From Stegostoma tigrinum (taxonomy: Eukaryota), in the NCBI RefSeq assembly GCF_030684315.1, contig NC_081371.1:28267440-28331439 (forward strand): 64,000 bases of DNA. The letters run 5' to 3'. The position numbers and the translations under genes are program-made. Shown piece after piece: positions 24,901-36,866 of the stretch (position 1 is its first letter; each line of letters starts with the position of its first letter). The notes beneath the pieces were generated by a model. It worked only from the letters and a program-made list of their open reading frames with translations, made no database searches and had not been told where the DNA came from.

Positions 24901-26285
24901 CTAGAAAAAGAAAAGAAGTACTGAATATCAGAGTACAGGAATCCTCTTTAGCTTGGCCAGTCTTGCCACTGGAAACCACTTTCATCACCTAGAATCCTTT
25001 CTGTCGTGCAAACAAACCCAGGAGAGACATAACATCGGATGCAGGACTAGGTAGGAAAACGATAGCTTACTACATTTTCTTATGCCAGTTGGAATTATAA
25101 CTCTGAGGTCACGTTCTTCCTGTGAGAAAGTACAACACTGATCGAGAAACTGCGCACAGGATTTGGGAAATCAAACCCAACCCGGTAACCTCCGATCCGC
25201 AGTGACTGTTAACCGTTTCCAGCCTTTCTAGTAATATGTCACCCGAACTGACTGCTACTCTTCAGACATCTCATGGGCATAAAGACCCCATCGTGCCTGA
25301 AGAATTGCCTTTTGTGAATTCTGTGCACGGTGAAATAATCCCATCAAACAGAAATCCATTCACATTTCATCCACAATTTTAAAAGAATGCAAAACCACTC
25401 ATTGATTTTGTCAAATTATTTTTTTCTGCAAAACCGACCGGCCTCTTTGCTGCATAAGGATTTCTAGCACTCTCGTAAAATAAGTTCAATTATAGAAATA
25501 TGCCGGGATTCAGTTGTTTGTACGAACCCTCTGTTCCATCAGCCAGCGAGCGTGGCTGACTAATTCCTCCGACGTGCATTGGGCATTCAGCTCAGAGACA
25601 ACTGCTTCAGGGGTTATCGGATACAGCTGGGTCTATTCACCCGGGACAGAAACAAAATGTCGGGGTATTCTGGTCAAAGCATCGAGTTTTTTTCCCCTCT
25701 GGCGAAGAAACGATCACGTGGAGAGATTGTCATGTGATCTGCGAAATTCTTGAAACCCATTTTCTAAATGTTACAGAAATACGGCTTACTCATTCAAAAA
25801 AAACAACCCGACACGGCCAGGATTCCTCGCGACAAAACCTTTCCATCTTCTACATGCAATATTTCAACTGTACATCGAAATTATGCTAGCATTTCTCCTG
25901 ATTATTGGAAATGGTAAGATTCTCAAATACGTAGGACGTTCAGGACCACGGAGAGCTCATTTCATTTGGCACTGTCGTCCCCCCAGACGCTCACTTTTTT
26001 CGTTTTTTTATTCATGAAACATCTCAAAGCAATAAAGTTAGCCAAATGAACCCAGGTAAAAAAAAAAGATTAGTTCTGCTCATGTAGAGCCTGGGGAAAT
26101 TTCAAACTGCAGTACAGAACAAAGGACCAAATCGCTTCATAGCAATGTGAGAGTTTGGCTTAGTCCGAGCATCTTCACCTCCGAACCAGGGATTAAAGGA
26201 CTCAAGCCTCACCCTAGAAAGTGGATCACCCCTAGTCAACCTCGCGCACTTCTCTCCATCTCTGTAATACTGTCCGCCCGCTTAC

Positions 26286-26430
26286 GTGATGGTCAAAATG
26301 ACCCATGACTCTACTCAGAACAAGAGTATGGGGCTTTCTTCCATGTTCTGGGTAATGGCGGTCTTCGGCCAATATTCCGAACGGTTTGTATGAACACATG
26401 GCGCTGAACTGTCCTAGCGTTTTCGCGACA
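26286..26430 (-). promoter_or_regulatory. Candidate GPR19 first exon and core promoter
   Basis: Donor CAC|GTAAGC at 26286/26285; YY1-like ATGGCG sites (26353-26361, 26396-26403), CCAAT 26369-26373, E2F-like TTTTCGCG 26420-26427; CpG-rich. Confidence 0.45.
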
Positions 26431-26443
26431 GCAATGATGACAC

Positions 26444-27665
26444 TTTCCCTAAATTCAGTTACCTTTTAAATCAACGTTTGTTTCACATTATTGTGGGCAA
26501 TATTTTTGTAACCTTCTGAATGTATTTAAGTACTTTAAATAAAACTAAGGTGCAGCCCACAGCTCCTGGATTATAGAACATGCAGAAATGTTGAGATAAA
26601 GCAGAACTAATTTGTTTTTTTCTACTGTTTCATTGTCAAAGTTTTAAAACTGACGGTATAAACATGTTACGTTTTTTGACAGATGCAGTACAGTAAAACC
26701 TCACTTTGGGGCATCCCAAGCTGCCGAAAAGCGTGGTGTACGCCCATGCTTTTTATTTCAAGCTACGCGAACTCTAGAACTCCAATCAATCTACTTACAG
26801 ATTATTACTTTGAGTTCTCTGAAATAGATAAGAACATTAATTGCTGTTGTCTGGTCAAAATTACCAGTGGAATGTAACGTTTTTATTTGAGCTGTAAGAT
26901 GTGGTAATTCATCAAATAGGAGATCCATAGTTTGCAGCCTCCTAAAAGATTTCCAATTAAACATAACATCAGCGATACCCAAGTAAAGGACAGGACCAAA
27001 TTATATTTGCGAACATGGCATACAACCATGGCATAGTGTACACACTTGATATTTGTTCGTGCATCATTCGATGAACAGTGTCCACAAAATGCCCAATGGG
27101 CTTTTAAGAATATATTGTTTTCCCACAGTACTTTCATTTACTTTCAGTTTTCTTAACATGAGAGGACTTTAAGTCAATTTCGCATGAAGAATACTTGTAA
27201 AGGTGCATTAATTTGAGCGTTCGTTCCCATTACCGGATGACTAGCGCCCTAGTTACAATGACGTTTTTGTTGCTATGGCACCGTCTCCAAGCTGATGGTC
27301 ACCATAGGACTCCAGTCTGTACTGGGGATGAGAGCAGTGCAGTACAGGCACAGGAACGGGCCTCGCACTTGTTTCTGCTTATAAAATTAAATTATTTCAC
27401 TTCAGCCTTTTCCCAAATTCAGTTACCTCTTAAATCATTGTTTGTTTTGCATCTTTGCAGGCGATATTTTTGTGATTTCCTCAACGTAGTTAAGTATTTT
27501 TTTACACGTTTAAGGCTTAGCCCTCAGCTCCTGAATTACAGAACATGCAGAAATGTTGAGATAAAACAGCAATAATTTATTTTTCCATGGTTTCATTGTC
27601 AAATTTTAACACTAGTGGTTTAAATATGTTATGTTTGATAGGTGCAATACAGCAAAAACTCACTA
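26444..27665 (+). repeat. Diverged direct repeat, about 260-bp units at 26444-26705 and 27408-27665
   Basis: Colinear similarity across the units; identical 26-mer AGAACATGCAGAAATGTTGAGATAAA at 26575-26600 and 27540-27565. Confidence 0.9.
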
Positions 27666-28552
27666 TTAGTTTGTTTTTTTTGTGTAAAATATGCAGTTTA
27701 TTTTATTTGATTTTCTGTTTTTTTGTGGAATTTCACTCGGATTTGAATTCCATACACATGGTTTGAATATGAAAATTAATTTCAGCCTCAGAGCAATTAA
27801 ACTTTTTAGCTTCTAGAAACCAATTTTACACAAACCTTAAAAGCCTTATTCAGGTCCAAATAAACTGCCATTATAATGCTACTAATGGCCATAATTGGAT
27901 AATTCCCCTCAACATCCTTTCTCTGGCTTCCAGTTCTGGCAAACATCATGCCCCTAAACATTCACCTGCCAACTGATGAAAAATCAAAAGCTGGTTAAAA
28001 CCGTCCCTGCTGTACTTACCATCATTACATGCTCCATCTTGGTTGACATGGAAGAACACTCTTGAGCAAAATTGACCAACAGACTTCCCTTGGATCAAGG
28101 AGCAGGTAACACTGGAAGCCACTAACAAGTTCATTATGACAAACCCCATCTGTTGAATAGCATGTTTTATATTACTTTAGCAAGAATAGTTCTTGCTTAA
28201 TAGGTTCAGGAAAGGTTTAATCTCCTGTGGAGCCGGGCCCTGCCATTACAACTTTAGTGTGTAGTCCCTGTGCACTTGAGAAGGGAGACAAACAATACTG
28301 CACATTACTGAGGGGTGATTCTTCTACAGACTAAGTAATGAACGAATCACCTTTAATTCATTAAATAAGGAAGCTATTCATTGATTAATAAACACACTAC
28401 CCATTAACAACTTTCCTCAGGTAGCCCTTAATGAATAGGAAAGTAAAAACAGCAGCAATTCTTTTCTTATAACATTATGCAGAATTCCATGAGAAATCTT
28501 TGAGGTGTCCATATAGTTTACTGGTCAACCTAACAATTTTTAGAGTATTGTT

Positions 28553-28771
28553 TCAGAGACAGTAGGAACTGTAGATGCTGGAGAATCTGAGATAACAAGG
28601 CAATGAGCTGGATGAACTCAACAGGCCAAGATGCATCAGAGGAGCAGGAAGGCTGATGTTTCAGGCCTAGACCCTTCTTCAGAAATCTGTAGGCCCAAAA
28701 CGTCAGCCTTCCTGCTCCTCTGATGCTGCTTGGTCTGCTGTGTGCATCCAACTCTTTACCTTGCTATCTCA
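28553..28771. mobile_element. Fold-back (inverted) short Penelope-type insertion
   Basis: Arms 28588-28669 and 28690-28771 are imperfect reverse complements; flanked by ATTTTTAGAGTATTGTT / ATTTTTAGAATATGGTT. Confidence 0.85.
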
Positions 28772-29188
28772 TTTTTAGAATATGGTTGACTACAGCTTGG
28801 ACTTAACCACAGCTGTAAATTTGAAGAGACATCAGATTACTTTCTGAACGTGGTGTCACATCAGATGTTGTTAATGATATGAATATCAAGGTGAGACAGT
28901 GTACCTGCAGTCTGAAAGAACTTGATCATTGCAAGACTGATATTTAATTTTCAGTCAAATTAATTTGGGCTCTGTCTGTTATTATCATAAAATGTAGTGT
29001 TCGTTATGATATTCTCTTTACCTAATTTTAGTACTCAGTAAGTTTAAATATTTTCTGAGTTTACTTCTATTGATACTAAACATTTGTTTTAAAGAGAAGG
29101 GTACACCATCTATTTATAATTTGACAAAAAAGCTTCATTAATAGTCATAGATGTGGATATATGTTTAGGATATGGGACAACATTCTGA

Positions 29189-29313
29189 ATTTCTGAAGAA
29201 GGTACCTGACCCAAAACATCAATTTTCCTGCTCCTCTGATGCTGCCTGACCTGTTGTATTCCTCCAGCTCCACACTTGTGTTGTCTCTGACTCCAGCATA
29301 TCCAGTTCTATCT
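29189..29313 (+). mobile_element. Short Penelope-type terminal element
   Basis: TTCTGAAGAAGG..ACCCAAAACATC..CCTGCTCCTCTGATGCTGCCTGACCTG..TCCAGC, same as the 3' end of the element at 32136-33137. Confidence 0.8.
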
Positions 29314-30454
29314 ACAGAAATTTGACTTCACTCAACTTCGTACTTTCTTATCCAGTAAAACAAAATGTAACAATTGAGATTTACCATACCCTGCAAAAAT
29401 ATTACATTTTCTAGACATTTCACTACTAGACTATATGCATTTTCCATCCATTTTCAAAGAACTCCTCCACCTGTACTATCCCTGCTATGGATTTTTTGCT
29501 GAATTCTGATGAATTTTCATTGATTTGTACTAGGTTTGGCATCTTTTCCAAGAATTCTGTAATATATGTCAAAAATGATGTCATTCCCATAAAGTACATT
29601 GGCTTCCTGTTTCAGTTTCAGATTTTATCAGGTGATTCAGCATCCATTCTTGTAGTGTCCTCCAGGTTTTTACTTACAATAAATGTCAGGTTGATTTGAC
29701 TGCAGTTGCCTGAGTTATTTTCAAAACTAAATTTGCAGTAGATAGTCTTTTCTCCAACTCTGACACATGTGGGTTCAATTTCTATGAATCCCTATGTATG
29801 CCATTCCTGGGTCCGGTTCTATTTCTGCAATCTCTTCGTTTGTTGTCTACTAATTTTGATACATGAAAACTCAAATGTAAGTTTGCTTTGTTTGAAATTT
29901 GCTGCTCAGAGTTGTCACTTTCACACTAAGCCAGTGGACAAGGACAGATACAGAGAAATGTGGTCTATTAAAAGTTGCATAGACTGGGGAGGCTGACAGC
30001 CCATTATACAGTCCAGGGGCTCTGGCTGCAGCATGAATATCAGAGGGATAAAGGAGTACAGAGTGCAATACAAGACACACATATAATATCAGGGGATAAC
30101 ATACAGTACTACCAGTTCTATGAAGATTATAAGTGAGTTACTTTATTGTTGTTGGTTATAATGGGGAATCTGAATTGTAGCACTGGTAATATAAGTTGTC
30201 AGCACAATGTCAGTTACCATTAGTTACTGGTTCTCCATACTTCTGATTTTGTCTATGCAATTCCTTACCCCATCTAAGGTTTCTCCTCTTTATTATTCCT
30301 TTTCCCTTCTTCACTTGTTGATTGGTGGACTCTGCTTTCTCAGAACTTATCATTCAAAAACCAAATGTAGGAAATCCAACTGTTTTAATCTGTGTGCAAT
30401 ATTATTTGCATAATTATGTGCTATATGGTCATATGCTATCTGGTTGAATTTTCT

Positions 30455-30785
30455 TTTTGTTCAGAGGTTAAGGGGGGCATTGGCCAGGCCAGTATTTAAT
30501 GCTCATACCTAAATGACCAGACAGCAGTTAAGAGTCAACCACATTGCTGTAGATCTGGAATCACATGCAGGCCAGCGCAGGTATGAGTGGCAGTATCCTT
30601 CCCTTAAGGACATCAGTGAACCAGATGGGTTTTCCCAACAATTGGCAAAGGATTCAAGGTCATCATCAGACTCTTAATTCAAGATTATTATTGAATTCAA
30701 ATTCCATCCATTGTCCCCAGGATGTTACCTGGATCACTGGATTAACAGCCCAGTGATAATACCACTAGGCCATTAACTCCCCCGT
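30455..30785 (-). mobile_element. SINE or LINE-tail repeat
   Basis: GGCAGTTAAGAGTCAACCACATTGCTGT-type sequence also at about 16905-16960; shares the AATAAATGCTGGCC-type tail. Confidence 0.55.
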
Positions 30786-31599
30786 TTATGAAGGCAATGT
30801 GATCAAGCTTCCAAGACTAGCTCCAATCAGAGTTGACAAGTCTTGGAGTGTGAGCAACTGTAAAACATGGCAATAAGGGATAGAATTGAAGGACTCTATA
30901 ATTTGTCAATTCTGACATATTGTATATGTCTGAGTCTGGAGCCCTGTAAGTTATGGCAGTGGAGTAGAAATGGCAAGGTTCTGAGTAAAGGACCTGTTAA
31001 ATATTTTGGAAGGTGCGAGATGAGTGAAAGCTTATCGAATATTGGCCAGAGTGGGGGATGGAATAGAGAGAAGCATTTTCAATGATCTTTGACTTGGCTG
31101 GACAATTTTCCTCAGTTGATAGTTAACTAGTTGGTAGGAAGATTCAGTGTAAAAGGCAAATGCTTAAAAGTGAAAGGGGAAATTAGAGAATTAAAAATAA
31201 TTAAAAGGCTCAGGGAAGCTTGACTTTGAGCTTCTGATGTACTTCATGCATGGTGTGAGGAGGCTCTGAAGTGCACTTCAGATTCACTTGATACAAATTA
31301 GTCAAAATTTGGAATGTTTTGGGGGTAGAAAAATGACAGAGTGATTACGCTGAATAATTACCAGCTGATAAAATGGCCACTGCGCATGCACCACATTCCA
31401 TGTGGAGTGACACGAGCCCATGTGCTAATTGCCTCATTTTCATTTCATGGGTAATTAGTTTTGAAACGTGACAACCAAAGTTCAGCCAGATAATGAACAA
31501 ATCAGTTTGATCATTTCAGATCCACTTTATTGTTGTTCATTACTGGAAAAGCATGTGTAAAGGTTGCAGCGAAATTATACTTTAATTTTTGTCAGACTA

Positions 31600-31860
31600 A
31601 CACTGTTAAGTTTGCATTTTCTCCCCATGACATGTGGGTTTCCTCTGGAAGCTCCAGTTTCCTCCTGCAGTCTATGGTTATAGCCGTGCTATATTGCCCA
31701 TAGTGTCCAGAGATGTGCAAGCTAGATGGATTAGCTATGGGAAATGCAGAGTTACGGGAAAGGGTAGGGTTTGGGTCCAGAAGGGATTCTCTTTGAAGGG
31801 TTGGCGTGGATTCACTGGTCCAATGGCCTGCTTCCACACTGTAGAGATTCTGAGTCTATG
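31600..31860 (+). mobile_element. Partial HE1-type (V-SINE) tRNA-derived SINE
   Basis: Homologous to 60686-61003 (GTGGGTTTCCTC..GTTTCCTCC..AGATGTGCA..GGCCTGCTTCCACACTGTAG). Confidence 0.8.
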
Positions 31861-32054
31861 AAAAACACATGTCGCTTTGTCATTGGGTAGTGATGTTGTA
31901 CTATAATGCTGTGCTCTCACGTATGCACATGTGTGTTCCACCTGGTTTAACTTTCACAGTAAACACAAAGGACAGCTTTGGGTGGTCTGGAGGTGGACTG
32001 TTTTTTCCATTAAATGGATGAGCTAAAAAGCAATTCCTGAAATGAGATTGACTT

Positions 32055-33545
32055 TCAACAGGTTCAGAAAAGATTTATAAGGATGTTGCCAGGGTTGGAG
32101 GAGTTGAGATATAAGGAGAGACTGAAGAGGCTGGACTACACCACCGCCCACCCACCCTGCTGCAAGCATGCAATCCCCTACTCCCAATTCCTCTGCCTTC
32201 GCTGTGTCAGCTTCCTTTCCCCCTTCCGGTGATCAAAAGCGCCCTCAACCACATTGCTTGCATTTCTGCTGTCAAATTCCCTCCCCCAACAAAAATAAAG
32301 ACAGAATTTCCCTTGTCCTCACATATCACCCCACCAACCTCTGTGTCCAACGTTTCATTCTCCACCACTAACACCTCCTGTAATCCGACCCCACAACCAA
32401 AGAGATATTTCCGTCCCCCCTCCCCATCTGCCTTTCATAGGGACCACACTCTCCATGACTCCCTTGACTGCTCTACACTCCCCACTAACCCCACCACACC
32501 CGACACCTTTCCCTGCAACTGCAGGAAGTGCTACACCTGCCCCTGTACCTCCCCCCTCACCTCCATTCAAGGCACAAAACAAACTTTCCATATCAGACAG
32601 GTGCTCACCTGCACATCCATCAACTTCTGGTTGCCAACCATTTTAACTCCCCCTCCCACTCCCTGGGTGACATGTCCATCCTGGGCATTCTCCAGTGTCA
32701 CAATGACGCCAGCCACAAACTGGAGGAACAACACCTCATATTCAGCCTCAGGAGCCTACAGACCAATGGCAGAAACACGGAATTCACTAGTTTTAAAATC
32801 TCCCCACCCCTGGCCTCTTCCCATGACCAACCCTCCCTCTCATCCCTGCCTCCTTGACCTGACACAAGCTTCTCTCCCACCTATCCACCCCACCCATCCC
32901 ACTGACTAATCTGTACCACTCCTAGCCAGGACTCACCTATCACCATCCCACGTAACCTCCCGACCCCTCATCGCTCTCTTTCTTTCTGAGCTCCCTTCGC
33001 CCTCCCATTTCTGAAGAAAAATCCCAACCTGAAGTGTCAACTTTCCTACTCCTCATATGCTGCCTGGCCTGCTGTGTTCCTCCAGCTCCACACTGTGTTG
33101 TTTCTGACTCAAGCATCTACAGTTCTTGCTATCTCTGTCTGAATAGGCTGAAGCTATTTTCCCTGGAACATCAGAGGCTGAGGGGTGATGTTATACAGGT
33201 TATAAAATCTTGACAGGCATGGTTAAATAGACTAGGTCTTTTCCCCAGGGTGGGAGAGTTCCAAACTAGAGGGCATAGATTTATGGTGAGAGGGGAACGA
33301 TTTGTAAAGGACCTGAGGGGCAACCTTTTCATGCAAAAGGTGATGCGTGTACAGAATGAGCTGCCAGAGGAAGTGGTACAATAACAACATTGAAAAGGCA
33401 TCTAGATGGGTATTTGAACAGGAAGGGTTTAGATGTATGTGGGCCAATTGCTGGCAAATTCGACTAGATTTACATAGGATATCTGGTTGGCATGGATGAG
33501 TTGGACCGAGGGTCTGTTTCCCTGCTGTACATCTCTATGACTCTA
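32055..33545 (+). mobile_element. CR1 3' fragment (32055-32135 plus 33138-33545) interrupted by a Penelope-like element
   Basis: VQKRFIRMLPGLEELRYKERL before the insert and RLRGDVIQVIK..TRGHRFMVRG after it; degenerate TSD CTGAAGAGGCTGGA / CTGAATAGGCTGAA. Confidence 0.85.
32136..33137 (+). mobile_element. Penelope-like element 3' portion (Cys-rich linker, GIY-YIG remnant, terminal region)
   Basis: LVLTYHPTN, TFPCNCRKCYTCPC, VANHFNSPSHSLGDMSILG..KLEEQHLIFSLRSLQTNGRN; then a pyrimidine tract and a CTGAAGA-headed tail. Confidence 0.9.
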
Positions 33546-33930
33546 TTACTTGTGCTTTTATTGAAATTTTCTGTACTTCAAGCCATCTTTATGTGCTTTT
33601 CAAAAATCAAAGACCTTTGAAAAGTAGTTACTATTGAAATGTTGGAATTGCTGAGGTCAGTTTGGGCATGGCAAACCCCCACAGGCAGTAATGCCGTAAT
33701 GCAACAGAATGTTCTCCTAGTGATGTTGATTGGAATATAAACTTTGGCCAGGACAATTGAGATGATTTCCCCTGTGATTCTTGTAAATACAGCCAGGTAT
33801 CCCTTACCCAATTGAGACGGCTGATAGTGCCTTTGCTTAATGTCTCACCTGAGAGAGGGACCTATTGAGCACCATTCCCTTAATACTGTATTAGAGTGCT
33901 AGCCTCAAAGTTTGGGCTTAAATCCTGGAA
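33545..33930 (-). mobile_element. Degenerate Deu-domain SINE
   Basis: Reverse complement resembles the 20785-21170 core (GGGGAAATCATCTC..TGTCCTGGCCAAAGTTTATATTCCAATCAACATCAC). Confidence 0.55.
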
Positions 33931-36360
33931 TGGGCCTTCAGCACATAACCAAATAGGAAGAATAGAATATTACTGGGTGGACTAAGGCAAAAAATGGAGG
34001 GAGAAACAAGATGATAATTGAGGCAATTGAACAATAATGCAGTGAATAGAATGGTAAAGGCGGCAAGAGGAATGTAGAGTCTGGACTGATGGTGATGGTA
34101 GGAGGGATAGGTCAATAATTGGGAAGTATGGTGAAAATGGAAAGAAAATGATGACAATGGGAATGTAGGATCATAATTTGGGTGTGGCATGGTAATAAGA
34201 GTATGGAATGGTAATATGGGTACTGGATAATGACAGAGAGATAAGCTTTATAACTGTCAGGCTGGATATTACAGGTGGTGACAGAATCAAACCAAAGGGA
34301 GAAACCTACCTGACCTTGATCTATCTGTTATAAATGAATCTGCTCATTGCAATAATGCTAGCGTTAAACAGTACACAGTTGTATTAGAACTGGAGTCCAG
34401 GTACCAAACTGTTGATATCTTCCATGCTGTTGTGTGCTAAATGGATGAACAAAGATCCAGCAGCCCAAAACTCGACATCCACGACTGATGTCCAATGATG
34501 ACCATCTGCAATGGTAGAACTACATTCAGGTGCAATTGGTGGCCTCATGGCCTAGTATATCCCTTTCTTTATCACTACAATCAAGCCAAGGACCAAGCCT
34601 GATTCAAAAGGAATGTAGAAGTAAACATGCCTGTTACACTATAAGGCATTCCTAAATACAAGGTGGTGACCTATCTGAAGCTCCAACATTGGACAACTGC
34701 AAGCTAAAAAGTGCAAATAGGGTCTTTAGATAAAGCTATGCAATTGCACAGTTGACAAGCAGACACATGATCTTCAGCCCTTTCACATCAAATGGTAGTG
34801 AACAATTAAGTAACACACAGGAAGATGAATAGCCACAAACACCCTGACATCAATTATGATAAGGTCCAGAATTTGAGTGCAAAAGACTGAAAAGTTTGGA
34901 ACAAAATTCAGCCAGAAAAGCTCAGTAGATGATGTATCTCAACCACACAGAAACAGAGGTAACGTATAGCACAGAAGGAGGTCATTTGACCTATTATGCA
35001 ATAGACAAAGAAATGCTTTTGAACATAATCTTACTTTTCATTGGTGGCAATTGGTCCATAGTCATATAAAATTATGGTACTTCATTGCCAAGCACTTTTA
35101 AAGTGTGATGAGGATTTCTGCCTCTATCACCTTTCCAAGCAGTGAGTTTGAGATCCCCAATACTCGGGGTAAAAATAAGTTGTTCTCAACTCTCCTCTAA
35201 TTCAAGTCTAATTGCTTCAAATCTATTACTGCTTTGTTAACGAAAACAGGACCCTCCTGTCCACTTTATCTGAATCCAATGTCTGAGCAGTCCTGACTAG
35301 CATAGCAGCTTTGCCCCCACGTAAGGTTAAGAAAAAGCTGAAAGCATTGAATACAGTAAAGGATATGAGCTCTGACAATAATCTGGCTGCAATGTCTATG
35401 AGAGTGGCTAAAATTGATATTGAGGCACATATGAATATACAAATTAGGAGCAGAAGTAGATCATTTGATCCCTCCAGCTTGCAGCAACTTTCAATTAGGT
35501 CATGACTGAACTGTTTGTGTTTCAAATTTCACATTTCCATCTACACTTTTGATTGCCCAGTTTAACAAAAATCTATCCATCTTTGTCTTAAAGTTATTCA
35601 ATAATCTTGCATGTGCCACCTTCTGAGACAGACATTCCCAAAGGTACATAACTCTGACAGAAAGTCAAAGAAGGTTCACTAGAACGATCCCTAGTACGAA
35701 GGACTGTCTTATGAGCAAAGACAAAACAGGTTGTGTCTCCATTCACTGAAGTTTAGAAGAATGAGAGTGATCTTATTGAAATATATAGGATTCTTAAAGG
35801 TAAATGTTGAGAGAATTTTTACCTCATGCAAAAGTCTAGGACCAAAGATCATAGTCTCAAAATAAAGGTTCACCAATTTAAGACTGAGATAAGGTGGAAA
35901 AATTTCTTCTCTGAAAGTTTGCAGTCTTCGAGTTGTGGGGACAGAGTCCTTATGTATATTTAAAGATGAGATAGATTCTTGATCAGCAGGGGAAATCAGG
36001 GTGTGAGGGTGTTGGATTAGGCATGATCCTATTAAATGGCAGAGCAAGCTCGAGGGGGTAAGTGGCCTACACCTGTTCCTGTTTGTTATGGTTTGATGGT
36101 GGCAGGCTTAATTGAGAAAAAGCTTGTGTGCTACTTATAAATAGAGGCATAGAATGTAGAAGCAAAGAGATAATTCCAGAACTTTATAAATCATTGATTA
36201 GGCCTCCCTGCAATATTGTAACACATACTTCAGATACAAAGGTAAAATAGGTACAGAGGAGATTGACCAGAATGTTATCAGTAATGAGGGTCTCGGTTAT
36301 AAGAAGAGGTTGGAAAAGTTAGTCTTGGCCTCCTTAGAACAAAGAAAATGAACTTTTTTT

Positions 36361-36665
36361 TTAGATTCCCTGCAGTGTGGAAACAGGCCCTTTGGCCCAA
36401 CAAGTCCACACCACCCTTGCAGCATCCTGCCCAGACCCATCCCCCTAATACCCACACACCCCTAAACACTACGGGCAATTTAACATGGCCCCACCTAGCC
36501 TGCACATCTTTGGACTGTGGGAGGAAACTGGACCACCCGGAGTGGACCCACACAGACACGGGGAGAATGTGCAAACTCCGCACAGACAGTTACCTGAGGC
36601 TGGGATCGAACCCAGGTCCCTGGCGCTGTGAGGCTGCAGTGCTAACCACTGAGCCACCGTGCCGC
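36361..36665 (-). mobile_element. HE1-type tRNA-derived SINE, near full length
   Basis: Minus strand GCGGCACGGTGGCTCAGTGGTTAGCACTGC (A box) and GGGTTCGATCCC (B box), V-SINE core, AATCT tail. Confidence 0.9.
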
Positions 36666-36767
36666 TATTATTGGTTTTCAAGATAATGAGCTGTTTTGCT
36701 TGAGTATATAGGGAAACAAACACATTCTCTTTTGACCAGGGCATTAACCAAAGGCCGTATATTCTAA

Positions 36768-36866
36768 CAAAAACAAAGTTGCTGGAAAAGCTCAGCAGGT
36801 CTGGCAACATCTGTGAAGAAGAAAACAAAGTTAATGTTTCGGGTCGGGTGATCCTTCCTCAGACCC
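36768..36866 (-). mobile_element. Short Penelope-type terminal element
   Basis: Minus strand TCTGAGGAAGGATCACCCGACCCGAAACATTAAC..CAGATGTTGCCAGACCTGCTGAGCTTTTCCAGC; same subfamily as 5735-5880. Confidence 0.75.

Noticed and set aside
36361-36665. tRNA-like A and B boxes (also at 60686 and 38025-38272)
   Set aside because: These are SINE heads; no complete cloverleaf, so not called as tRNA genes
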